Source: an uncultured bacterium (GTDB lineage: Bacteria; Planctomycetota; UBA1135). From it: a DNA stretch of 64,000 nt. The stretch is taken from positions 61,504-125,503 of the forward strand of contig CALFOT010000036.1 in NCBI GenBank assembly GCA_937919925.1, read 5' to 3'. Position numbers and translations under genes: made by a program. The notes beneath the pieces are model-generated. The model made no database searches. It had not been told where the DNA came from and saw only the letters and a program-made list of their open reading frames with translations. Shown here piece after piece: positions 34,984-43,175 of the stretch (position 1 is the first letter of the stretch; every line of letters begins with the position of its first letter).

Positions 34984-36606
34984 CTAATCCCCAGAACCCT
35001 CATCACCGGAATTCACGTTAAAGAACTCTTCGACCCAAATAAGCCATTGAGGCTCAGGGGATAGTTGGAAATTTCGAACCCCATTTACGGGGACCTCGAT
35101 GCGATCATTTCCATTTACCGGCATTACGAAGGTAAATGCTGTCTTATTGAACGGCATTCCTGGATAAATAAACGAACTAACAACCTTATAAGGACCTTCA
35201 TGCGCCACTTCGCCGGCGCATTTGTTGCCCTCAATTTCTAAATCGAAAAACCTCTGATGCGAATCGACAGCCTCCAGCTCCATAGCCGCCACCCAATTCA
35301 ACTTGATTTCATTCGAAAACCAATCTGGGAGCACAAGAGTAAAGCTCACTGGAATCGAGTCCAAGAGCTGCACTCTCTGCTTTCCTTCAACAAAATCCAG
35401 GTAAGTGTCACGAAAACCGGAGGCAACGATAAGGCCATGGTTCATCCCCTTCGGCAACAGCACCTCCTGCCACTTGTCGAGCGCAATTCTCTGAGCAGTC
35501 CCCTTCCCCCCCGGAGGAAACACTGCCAACTCCGCATTGGAAACAAGTTTACCGGCCTTGTCCTCAACTTGGAATTGAAGCGCTTTTGTTTCGCTACGCA
35601 GGTCGAAATCCAAAAGCCCCTGCCTAAGCCCAATCCTAATGCTCTCAGGAATGTAAAAATTTAGACCATTGCGTAGAACCTGGACACGCCAGCTCCCCTC
35701 AGAAATTCCAAAAATCCTAAAGGCTCCACTGGGGCCAAGCTCAGCAGTATGCGTCTCATCCTTTGCCTTAAAGACAATGACGCCGCCATGAATCCCTACA
35801 GGAAACTGGACATGGCCTTCAACTGGAGCGCCTTTCTTCATCACAATCTTCGCCGTAGTGTTCAACAAGGGAAGCTTGAACTCTTGCTTGAGATACCCAC
35901 GACACATCACTCTTAACCCACCATGGACTCCGATCTCATCGTATGAGAGCCAAAAACCGCCGGTGGATGCGGACACTGCCCGTTCTTCAACGAAAGAATC
36001 TACATCTTTAATATCCTCAACTAGATGAATCTCAGCAGATTGAATTGGGTTTCCCAACTCGTCCACAATCTGCCCAGACAATAAGTTATCCCATAATCCG
36101 TTTGGAAGAAGCTGAATCTCAGCTGGAGCGGAAGAAGAACTACTTATGGAGCTCATATCGACTATCGCCTCAAGACTGGTATCCCCTTTATTGCGAACCT
36201 TACAAGTGATCAAGGGGCGCCATAACATATTTTTTTGTGGCAGGTTGAACTGAAAGCGCCATAGATGGCTGGACTCTTGGTAACTCATGGAAATCCCCCC
36301 TTCTTTCGTGCTCCAGTAAGTTTCAATCTCTTCTGGATTTCGAAAGGCGACCCCAAAGCTGTCAACAAAGCTGACATAAACTTCTTTCCGAAGAGCACTC
36401 GCTTCATTCTGAGATGCCGACGGCGACGGCAACTTTTCCCGTGTGAATCCTACGCCAAGATCTGCCAATGGCTCAATGTCGTGAGAAGGGATGAGCTGTG
36501 CAGGCACATTTCTGTCCGAAATCAGAGCGCGGGGGGCGTCAGGAGTAAGCCAAGCGTAAGCGAAAAGGATTAGCAGACCCGTTAGCCCCAGGATGAGAAA
36601 CTTCAT
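34984..36606 (-). CDS. Membrane-anchored/exported protein with carboxypeptidase-regulatory-like beta-sandwich segments; candidate immunity protein for the RHS toxin
   Basis: 540 aa with low GC and an N-terminal TM/signal, MKFLILGLTGLLILFAYAW. Its start overlaps the RHS toxin stop by 4 nt. Segments such as GQIVDELGNPIQSAEIHLV are CarboxypepD_reg-like. Confidence 0.45.
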   Translation of the reverse strand: MKFLILGLTGLLILFAYAWLTPDAPRALISDRNVPAQLIPSHDIEPLADLGVGFTREKLPSPSASQNEASALRKEVYVSFVDSFGVAFRNPEEIETYWSTKEGGISMSYQESSHLWRFQFNLPQKNMLWRPLITCKVRNKGDTSLEAIVDMSSISSSSSAPAEIQLLPNGLWDNLLSGQIVDELGNPIQSAEIHLVEDIKDVDSFVEERAVSASTGGFWLSYDEIGVHGGLRVMCRGYLKQEFKLPLLNTTAKIVMKKGAPVEGHVQFPVGIHGGVIVFKAKDETHTAELGPSGAFRIFGISEGSWRVQVLRNGLNFYIPESIRIGLRQGLLDFDLRSETKALQFQVEDKAGKLVSNAELAVFPPGGKGTAQRIALDKWQEVLLPKGMNHGLIVASGFRDTYLDFVEGKQRVQLLDSIPVSFTLVLPDWFSNEIKLNWVAAMELEAVDSHQRFFDLEIEGNKCAGEVAHEGPYKVVSSFIYPGMPFNKTAFTFVMPVNGNDRIEVPVNGVRNFQLSPEPQWLIWVEEFFNVNSGDEGSGD

Positions 36607-38060
36607 CTCCTACCTCCTAGACTTCCGAACATGTCCCCCAAAGTCCTTCGATAATCCCTAGGAGAACCCGTGGGTATCTGGCCACCAATATACTCCGCAT
36701 CGGCTTCTGCTTCCGCGCCAATCCCTCCATTATTACGCGCAGAATCTCCACTGCCAGCATAGCCGAAAACGGCTGATGACCGAGCGCGAATTTCATCGGC
36801 TATATCGTCAGGGACATCGTCGATTGCTTCAGAAAGAAAATCCGACTCAACATCCCAGGCACCAATCTCGTCTTTCAGCCTTCTATCTATGTAGTCTTCC
36901 ATGGTTTCTGCTCCCTGCAAGCCAGTTCGGTCCCCCTGCTCGGCATGCTTCATCTCGTGAGCCAACTTTGCCAATGCCATTATGGAGTCGGCTGTACCCC
37001 CATTTTTCCAAAAGTCGATGGATATGTAAATGAGAACGGCATCATCAGTCCATTTCGTATATGCACCTCCAGCACAATTAGCGTTTTCGAGTGCGATAAT
37101 TAGAACCTTCTTTTTTTCTCGTTTCTCAATTTCTTTCTTCTGTTTCTTCAATTTGCGCTTCAAATCCTTCGATGCTTTCCCTGAGGCTCCTTCGAAATCT
37201 TTATCGATATCGACTTTCCAACCATGCCCCCCACTATTTTGTAACCCAAACGGGTCCATCCACGTGCCAGGAGTCCCGAAACCGTATTGATACAAATTCC
37301 ATGAGTCCACGGGGCCCAAAGGATCTGGGCTGAGGAAACTACCTGTCGCAGGGTCGTACCACCGCGCGCGCAAATCATAAATACCAACCTCCGCATCAAA
37401 CGGTTTGCCTAAGAAGAAGCGGGTGTTGCCATAGGCACTTTCTGTCAATGGCGAGCCCGACGCGTCCTCAATACTCACCTGCCCAAACGCACCGTAGCGA
37501 TAACGCTCCACCACATTCTTCGTCGTGCGATCAATCAGAGCAAGAATTGAGCCCTGGAAATCACGCGCCAAGGCAAAACTTCCGTCCACCAAAGGACTGA
37601 CAGAGTTCGTCATCACAACGAAGCTCTCTCCATCGGCACCACCGGCATAACCAAAGGTTTGCATGTCGTCCTTGTTGGTGCTCTCAGTAAAAGTCATTGC
37701 CAAACGAGCCCCCCAATACACAAGGCGTTCCACCGTGGTGCCACCATTTGCACCATACACCGTTTCTTCGGTTCGTACCCTGCGTCCTTCAGCATCGTAG
37801 TGATGCTTACGAATCAATTGGCTAGAGCTATTATCAACTTCGCTCAGGTGGCCCCAAGCATCCCAGCGGAAATAATGAGCTCCATCTGAAAGATGGGGTT
37901 CGCCGGACGGTGACCTTCGCCGGACAGTTACCCTTGGATGGAATGCGGAGATTTGGACCACGTCAGCATTACTTACGCGTCGGCTAAATATTGGCACCAT
38001 ACGGGCAAGCTTAGGGTTGTGCCGCGTAACCGCGCACAAAGCCAATGCATTGCGCGACAT
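36603..38060 (-). CDS. RHS repeat-associated core protein, 5'-truncated, with a C-terminal HExxH zincin-like toxin domain
   Basis: RHS/YD repeats (YDAEGRRVRT, YRYGAFGQ, YDLRARWYDPATGSFLSPDP). The core-end motif is GTWMDPFGL at aa 269-273. A Lys-rich linker follows, then LAHEMKHAEQGD...EIGAW. The first ~56 codons (37893-38060) are read through IS-repeat sequence and the neighbouring gene, so they are not native. Confidence 0.75.
   Translation of the reverse strand: MSRNALALCAVTRHNPKLARMVPIFSRRVSNADVVQISAFHPRVTVRRRSPSGEPHLSDGAHYFRWDAWGHLSEVDNSSSQLIRKHHYDAEGRRVRTEETVYGANGGTTVERLVYWGARLAMTFTESTNKDDMQTFGYAGGADGESFVVMTNSVSPLVDGSFALARDFQGSILALIDRTTKNVVERYRYGAFGQVSIEDASGSPLTESAYGNTRFFLGKPFDAEVGIYDLRARWYDPATGSFLSPDPLGPVDSWNLYQYGFGTPGTWMDPFGLQNSGGHGWKVDIDKDFEGASGKASKDLKRKLKKQKKEIEKREKKKVLIIALENANCAGGAYTKWTDDAVLIYISIDFWKNGGTADSIMALAKLAHEMKHAEQGDRTGLQGAETMEDYIDRRLKDEIGAWDVESDFLSEAIDDVPDDIADEIRARSSAVFGYAGSGDSARNNGGIGAEAEADAEYIGGQIPTGSPRDYRRTLGDMFGSLGGRR
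37889..38003 (+). repeat. IS66-end remnant: two tandem terminal-repeat motifs plus copy B of the 37-nt repeat (right border of the island)
   Basis: AAAGATGGGGTTCGCCGGACGGTGAC-C-TTCGCCGGACAGTTAC (37889-37931), then CATTACTTACGCGTCGGCTAAATATTGGCACCATACG (37967-38003). Compare 34752-34779 and 34879-34915. Confidence 0.8.
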
Positions 38061-38889
38061 CGGTCACGGAGTGATCCCAGTTAAATTCGTATTCAATCGA
38101 AATGTTGCCGCCAAAGTGTTGCCGCTTGAGCTCATCCAGCACACCCGCGATATTGGAATAACCAGTGCCAAAAACTTGGTCGTGCGCCGAGTCGATGCCG
38201 AAGGCACTGAGATCCTTCATGTGAATGCTGATGATCCGGCCTTCCAGGATTTTGAGGGCATCGACCGGGTTGATGCCAGAGCGGGTCCAGTGGCCCGTAT
38301 CGCCCGCGGCGCCAATCCGTGAATCTCGGCCTTTCACCAGCTCTAAAATGTAGTTTGGATCCCAAACTCGGTAGCTTTCTTGCTGCGGACGACGCGGATG
38401 ATTGTGAAAACCCACTCCGATTCCAGTCTCTTTGACTAACTTTTCAATCAAGTCAATCGATCCCGTAGATTCTGTGGTAAGCGCACGGAACCCCATGTTT
38501 TTCGCAAACTCAAAAATTTTGCGTGCCTCGACTTCGTTGTTAGGAATATCAACAACGCCGTAGTTCACCGCAAGTACGCCTTCTTCGGCCAACAGTTTTT
38601 TCAAACCATCGATGTGTTCTTGATCAAGGTTGTGATCCAGAAGTACATCTGGCGCGAGCAGTGCCAGTGGTTGCCCTGGATAAAACTCAATCACTTTGCC
38701 ACCCGCCGCCGCAGTTTTGGTGATGGCTTCCACTGCCGTGAAATGGTTGAAAGTCCAAGCTTGGCAACCAACTGCAAAATCACCCGTGCGATATTGCGCA
38801 GCTATCGGCTTTAAAGCAGGTTCTTGAGAAGGCAGAACAAGCACGGCAAGCGCACTACAAGCAAGAAGAGGGAGGAGACTTAGTTTCAT
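38011..38889 (-). CDS. Exported sugar phosphate isomerase/epimerase (xylose isomerase-like TIM barrel)
   Basis: Signal peptide MKLSLLPLLACSALAVLVLPSQ. TIM-barrel motifs GFHNHP...HMKD. Confidence 0.65.
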   Translation of the reverse strand: MKLSLLPLLACSALAVLVLPSQEPALKPIAAQYRTGDFAVGCQAWTFNHFTAVEAITKTAAAGGKVIEFYPGQPLALLAPDVLLDHNLDQEHIDGLKKLLAEEGVLAVNYGVVDIPNNEVEARKIFEFAKNMGFRALTTESTGSIDLIEKLVKETGIGVGFHNHPRRPQQESYRVWDPNYILELVKGRDSRIGAAGDTGHWTRSGINPVDALKILEGRIISIHMKDLSAFGIDSAHDQVFGTGYSNIAGVLDELKRQHFGGNISIEYEFNWDHSVTDVAQCIGFVRGYAAQP

Positions 38890-38898
38890 GACAAGAAT

Positions 38899-39957
38899 TC
38901 AGAATACCATTTCAGGCAACGTAGGAAGGGCGTCTTCTTCATTCGCACCCACGCCATCGTGCGTGCGTGCGGCATAATAACGCGCCAGAGCTGCATAACG
39001 CGCACCACGCATCACGTGTCGTCCAAACGGCAACAACAACAGCAGTGTCCACAACGGCCAATGCAACAAGTGACGTAGAGCCTCGACGCCACCAATCCAC
39101 AACAACTCCAAAGCGAAAGACATCAGCAACAATCCGAAGACTTGAAATGGCGAGCGCAGGAAAAAACCGATGGCGCGAAACAATGCAAGAAATGCCGAGT
39201 TGCGTTGGCCTACCACTAACGAAGCGCGGGCAAGATCGAGAATGATTTCCATCTTCCACAAACTCAAGATGTAAAGCACGGAACGAAGCGTTTCCAGCCA
39301 GCGCCCGCTGCGTTCACTTGCGGCCATTGCGGCGTCGCCATTGGGCAGCAGTTGTTCAAACACCCACTCGGCTGGCGCGCCCCAAAAAATCCAAGTGACC
39401 AAGGCGAAGAACGGCAAACCGAGCAACCAAGTGCGCAGAAATGGGAAAAAATAGCGGCCGCCGCCGCGCAGAAAATAGCGCAATGAATGACCGCGTTCTT
39501 TTTGCAAAGCCACTTTCATCCAGCCTGCCGAAAATAGCAAATTACACAAGCTGGCAAGCAGTAGCAGCACCGGCAAAGTTTGCGCCACCAGAGGAAGTTC
39601 CGTGGGAGCAGCGCGCTCCCATTCCGAGAAAATCCACGATGGCGCGAGTTGTGGCAAATGAATAGCACTGCCACCAGGGACCGGCTGCAAACTCGTAATA
39701 TGCGCATCGGCAGCCTGAAAAGCGGGTAACGCAACCACCAGCGGCAGCAACAGCGATACCGTCATCAAAACAATCAAAATGCGCGGACGCGCAAATGCGA
39801 GCAAAATGCTAGTGAATAAAATTTTGACGACCGGCTCCACATCCTGTAAGCCGCGGCGTTTGGAGGAAGCTGGGCCGTCATCCACCGGGAATGCATCGAC
39901 CACCCTGGTAGTGTGAAAATAATCCTCTTGGGATGGAGTTGAATGGCGTGGGTTCAT
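38899..39957 (-). CDS. Polytopic membrane protein, unknown function
   Basis: The ATG at 39957 gives a 4-nt overlap with the upstream M1 peptidase gene. It has about 7 hydrophobic helices and I recognise no family. Confidence 0.45.
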   Translation of the reverse strand: MNPRHSTPSQEDYFHTTRVVDAFPVDDGPASSKRRGLQDVEPVVKILFTSILLAFARPRILIVLMTVSLLLPLVVALPAFQAADAHITSLQPVPGGSAIHLPQLAPSWIFSEWERAAPTELPLVAQTLPVLLLLASLCNLLFSAGWMKVALQKERGHSLRYFLRGGGRYFFPFLRTWLLGLPFFALVTWIFWGAPAEWVFEQLLPNGDAAMAASERSGRWLETLRSVLYILSLWKMEIILDLARASLVVGQRNSAFLALFRAIGFFLRSPFQVFGLLLMSFALELLWIGGVEALRHLLHWPLWTLLLLLPFGRHVMRGARYAALARYYAARTHDGVGANEEDALPTLPEMVF

Positions 39958-42227
39958 CCAGCACCTCCATAATAAAACAACACCTGTTGCGCCCACAACA
40001 TCACTTGCACGGCATAATCCAAACTGCGTTCATGGCTGGGCTCGACGACTTGGACATTGTTCAACCAATCGCCATCAAGCAGCAAACGCCGCCGAGGATC
40101 AATTTCAACCATCACGGCGCGTTGTTCTGCATTCGGCCAGGAGTATTCCCAAACCCAATCATCACCGGCCCACACCAAATCCGTTGCGCTGCCGTCTTGC
40201 CAAGTCACGCGCACTTCGACCGGCACACCGAAATCGCTGCGGCGCGCAATACCGACACTTACGTTGAAATGCGGGGTGGACTGCTCGCCGTTTCCCGTTG
40301 CGGGCAGTAACTCATTGCGCAAATGATGAACGGAATAATCAAGTCGGTCGTTGCCGTGGTAGGCCTGTTGCCAAAAAAGATTCCAGTCGACTGGAACTTC
40401 GCCATTGGCACCATGCACCACCGTTTTGCCGCCGAACTCCAACACCGTCTCCAAAAAAGAAGTCGGTGACGGATGGCGGAAACGCCACCGTTCATGGTAA
40501 GCCCGCATCACCCGCGTCCAGTTAGGCTCGCCCATCAAACGGGCCATCGTTTCTAAAGTGAGCGCCGGACGATAGTAGGCATTCACGCGGCGTAATCCAC
40601 CATCCACTAAATCCATCGTGGGGTGCTCCAAAGGCTGCTGCCAGGGATTGGCGAACTTCTGTCGTTCGGATAACACCGCATCTTGGGTGATCCGCGGAAA
40701 GTAAGTCAGCGGCGGCAACTCTGCAAGAAAGTCTTGCAACGATTCGCGGTGACGCAATTCATAAGAGAGCGCTGGGATGGAGCGCACATCCGGCGTTTCC
40801 CAGCGTTGCAAGCCGAGCATGGCGCGAAAATCACCGGCGCCAAAAGTTGGCTGTTGCATGGGTGCACGACCGTAATACTGGTGGCCAAAAACACTATAAG
40901 TATCTAACTGCGGCTCGAACGCCAAAGCCTTCACGCGTTGCGTACTAAATGTATTGAAACCCTCATCGAGCCATGCGTGACGAAACTCATCATTGCCCAC
41001 CAAGCCATACCAAAACTGGTGGCCGAACTCATGAACCGTGACTCCCTGTGGCTGCAAGGTGCGCGCGGCAACCCCCAAACTGGCTCCTCCAGTAATCAAG
41101 CGCGGGTATTCCATGCCGCCGGTGCCGCGGGCATCATGCGCTGGATCCACGACCGAAATCGTTGGGTACGGATAGCTGCCGTACCACAAACCAAAATAGT
41201 AAATCGATTTACCAAGAGCGTCGAAATAACGTTCGGCGAGCGAAGCATGCTCTGGCTGCAACAATAAAACCATGCGCGTTGGAGTGGGCCTAACTTCTTC
41301 TAGCGTGCGCCCAAGCGCTGCCGCCACGCGTTCTTCTTCGCCATCGTTGCGATACAACTCCGCACGAAATTCGCGCTCAATAAGAGTAGCTTGTGGATCG
41401 GCGGTCCACGCAAAATCATGAACATCTTCGGCGGAGGTGAAGTAAGTGACTGTTGCATCGGGATTCGTAACCGGCGCATTTCCAAGAATAGAGCCCGTAG
41501 CGACGAATTTTCCGGCGTAACTTGCGGGGAGCGTGATCGCGACTTGGAAGTTTGCAAAATCAGCATAAAACTCGGCGAGATAACGATACGGTGGGCAGTT
41601 CCACTGCATTTTGCCATCGAGATTTTCAAACACACCAAGCTTCGGGAACCACTGGGCGGCATGGAGGTAACCATCATTTCCCCAACCGCTGCGGCGAAAA
41701 GCGCGCGGTAGCACGGCGCTGAAATCCAAACTCACGGCAACGCTACCCCCTGGAGGCACAACTTCCGGCAACACGATGCGTGCCACCGTGCGATCTAAGG
41801 GCGCACCAGGTTGAGGCAAATACTCCCAGCTCAACGGCTGGCCGCTAGCCAGGCGCACATGGCTCACAACCGTGCCACCCCATTCTGTGGGCTCTTGCAT
41901 ATCGCCAAGGCGTCGCGATTCGGTTAACCATGCGGAATCGCGATCGGCCCAAGCATTGTTGTAAACGTGCCAAAACAATTCCCCTGTGGGTACGGAGGTC
42001 GTGTTACGCCAAGTAACTTGTAGCTGCGCGCTGATGGTGTGGCCGTCTTCTGCGAGCTTGGCGTCGATTACATACGACAACAAGCGCGGGCTTTGCAGCG
42101 GTAAGGCCGTGGACAATGGCTCCTGAAAACGCAACTCCACCGCGCTGTGGGCAACAGCAGCGTGAACGGCACCGGAACCGACACCGAGGAGTAAAAACAG
42201 GGTGGGTAGGACGGCAGGAAGCCGCAT
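39954..42227 (-). CDS. Secreted M1-family zinc metallopeptidase (aminopeptidase N-like)
   Basis: Signal peptide, GGMEYP exopeptidase-type motif, HEFGHQFWY and WLDEGFNTF (HExxH-x18-E). Confidence 0.85.
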   Translation of the reverse strand: MRLPAVLPTLFLLLGVGSGAVHAAVAHSAVELRFQEPLSTALPLQSPRLLSYVIDAKLAEDGHTISAQLQVTWRNTTSVPTGELFWHVYNNAWADRDSAWLTESRRLGDMQEPTEWGGTVVSHVRLASGQPLSWEYLPQPGAPLDRTVARIVLPEVVPPGGSVAVSLDFSAVLPRAFRRSGWGNDGYLHAAQWFPKLGVFENLDGKMQWNCPPYRYLAEFYADFANFQVAITLPASYAGKFVATGSILGNAPVTNPDATVTYFTSAEDVHDFAWTADPQATLIEREFRAELYRNDGEEERVAAALGRTLEEVRPTPTRMVLLLQPEHASLAERYFDALGKSIYYFGLWYGSYPYPTISVVDPAHDARGTGGMEYPRLITGGASLGVAARTLQPQGVTVHEFGHQFWYGLVGNDEFRHAWLDEGFNTFSTQRVKALAFEPQLDTYSVFGHQYYGRAPMQQPTFGAGDFRAMLGLQRWETPDVRSIPALSYELRHRESLQDFLAELPPLTYFPRITQDAVLSERQKFANPWQQPLEHPTMDLVDGGLRRVNAYYRPALTLETMARLMGEPNWTRVMRAYHERWRFRHPSPTSFLETVLEFGGKTVVHGANGEVPVDWNLFWQQAYHGNDRLDYSVHHLRNELLPATGNGEQSTPHFNVSVGIARRSDFGVPVEVRVTWQDGSATDLVWAGDDWVWEYSWPNAEQRAVMVEIDPRRRLLLDGDWLNNVQVVEPSHERSLDYAVQVMLWAQQVLFYYGGAG

Positions 42228-42263
42228 GGGTTCATCCTACCGCCCGGATTCCCCCGAGTCGCC

Positions 42264-42890
42264 CTAGCTCTCGCCGTTCGCCGAACGCATGGCCCGACGC
42301 AAACGGGTGACTGCGTTCGAATGGATTTGGCTGACACGTGATTCGGTCAACTTCAAACGTTCGCCGATTTCACGCATCTTGACTTCCTCACGGTAATAAA
42401 GCGACATGACGATGCGCATTTTTTCCGGGAGATTGTCGATTGCCTCCTGCAGGAGATCATGCATATCCTCGTTCGCCGCGCTTTCCCCCACGGGGTGCGC
42501 CGCCAGGTTTTCGTGACCATCTTCATCTGTGGGAATCCCCAACAGGGAGGGTGGCTCCACCCCTTCCGCTCGGGCCTTGTCCCGCATGGAGCGCGGCAAA
42601 AAATCGGAACGCCTGAGGTCATCCAGGATGGCGCCCCGAATTCTATGGTAGGCGTAAGTTTTGAAACCTGCGCCGCGGCTAGGATCGTAGGAGCGAGCTG
42701 CCCGCATCAGGCCGAACATTCCTGCGGCAAAGAGATCGTCCTCAGCCACGCTGGCAGGCAGGCGCGGTTTGATGCGATTGACCACGTACCAAACGAGATG
42801 CTGCCATTGGCCAATCTCGGCTTCATATTTGGAAATTTCCGGCGCCGGCTTGACGGAGGACCCTTTAGAGGTGGATTTGGAAGTTGTCAT
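42264..42890 (-). CDS. fliA: Sigma-28 type (FliA/WhiG family) RNA polymerase sigma factor
   Basis: Region 2 is GMFGLMRAARSYDPSRGAGFKTYAYHRIRGAILDDLRR. Region 4 is MREIGERLKLTESRVSQIHSNAVTRLR. There is no region 1. Confidence 0.7.
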   Translation of the reverse strand: MTTSKSTSKGSSVKPAPEISKYEAEIGQWQHLVWYVVNRIKPRLPASVAEDDLFAAGMFGLMRAARSYDPSRGAGFKTYAYHRIRGAILDDLRRSDFLPRSMRDKARAEGVEPPSLLGIPTDEDGHENLAAHPVGESAANEDMHDLLQEAIDNLPEKMRIVMSLYYREEVKMREIGERLKLTESRVSQIHSNAVTRLRRAMRSANGES

Positions 42891-43043
42891 TTGGGATTGT
42901 GGGCTGCGATGGGAACGAAGTTGCTTTCTCTATCGTCAAGGAAGTTGCTTTTCCATTACCTGAAATCTCATATTTGTCAACACATTTCAAAATAAGGGCT
43001 TACGTTATCTAACTGAACGCATTTCTGCCGTCTTTACCCTGCA

Positions 43044-43070
43044 TTATCGGGTGATTTATACCCAACTTAA
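43044..43070 (-). promoter_or_regulatory. Candidate sigma-28-type promoter upstream of the sigma-28 gene
   Basis: The minus strand reads TTAA-N15-CCCGATAA, against the consensus TAAA-N15-GCCGATAA. It lies about 155 nt upstream of the fliA-like start codon. Confidence 0.3.
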
Positions 43071-43175
43071 GGCCTTTTAAGAGGCCTGACCTGGCCGAAT
43101 CCCCGTTCTCCCTGGAAAAACCGGCCGCGATTCGACAAACTTTCTCCATCCCTTTCCATCCAGGGCGCAACACCA

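Noticed and set aside
37893-38060. First ~56 codons of the RHS ORF, including its annotated start
   Set aside because: This part is translated through IS66 terminal-repeat remnants, the 37-nt repeat and the 3' end of the neighbouring TIM-barrel gene. RHS-like sequence only begins near 37892.
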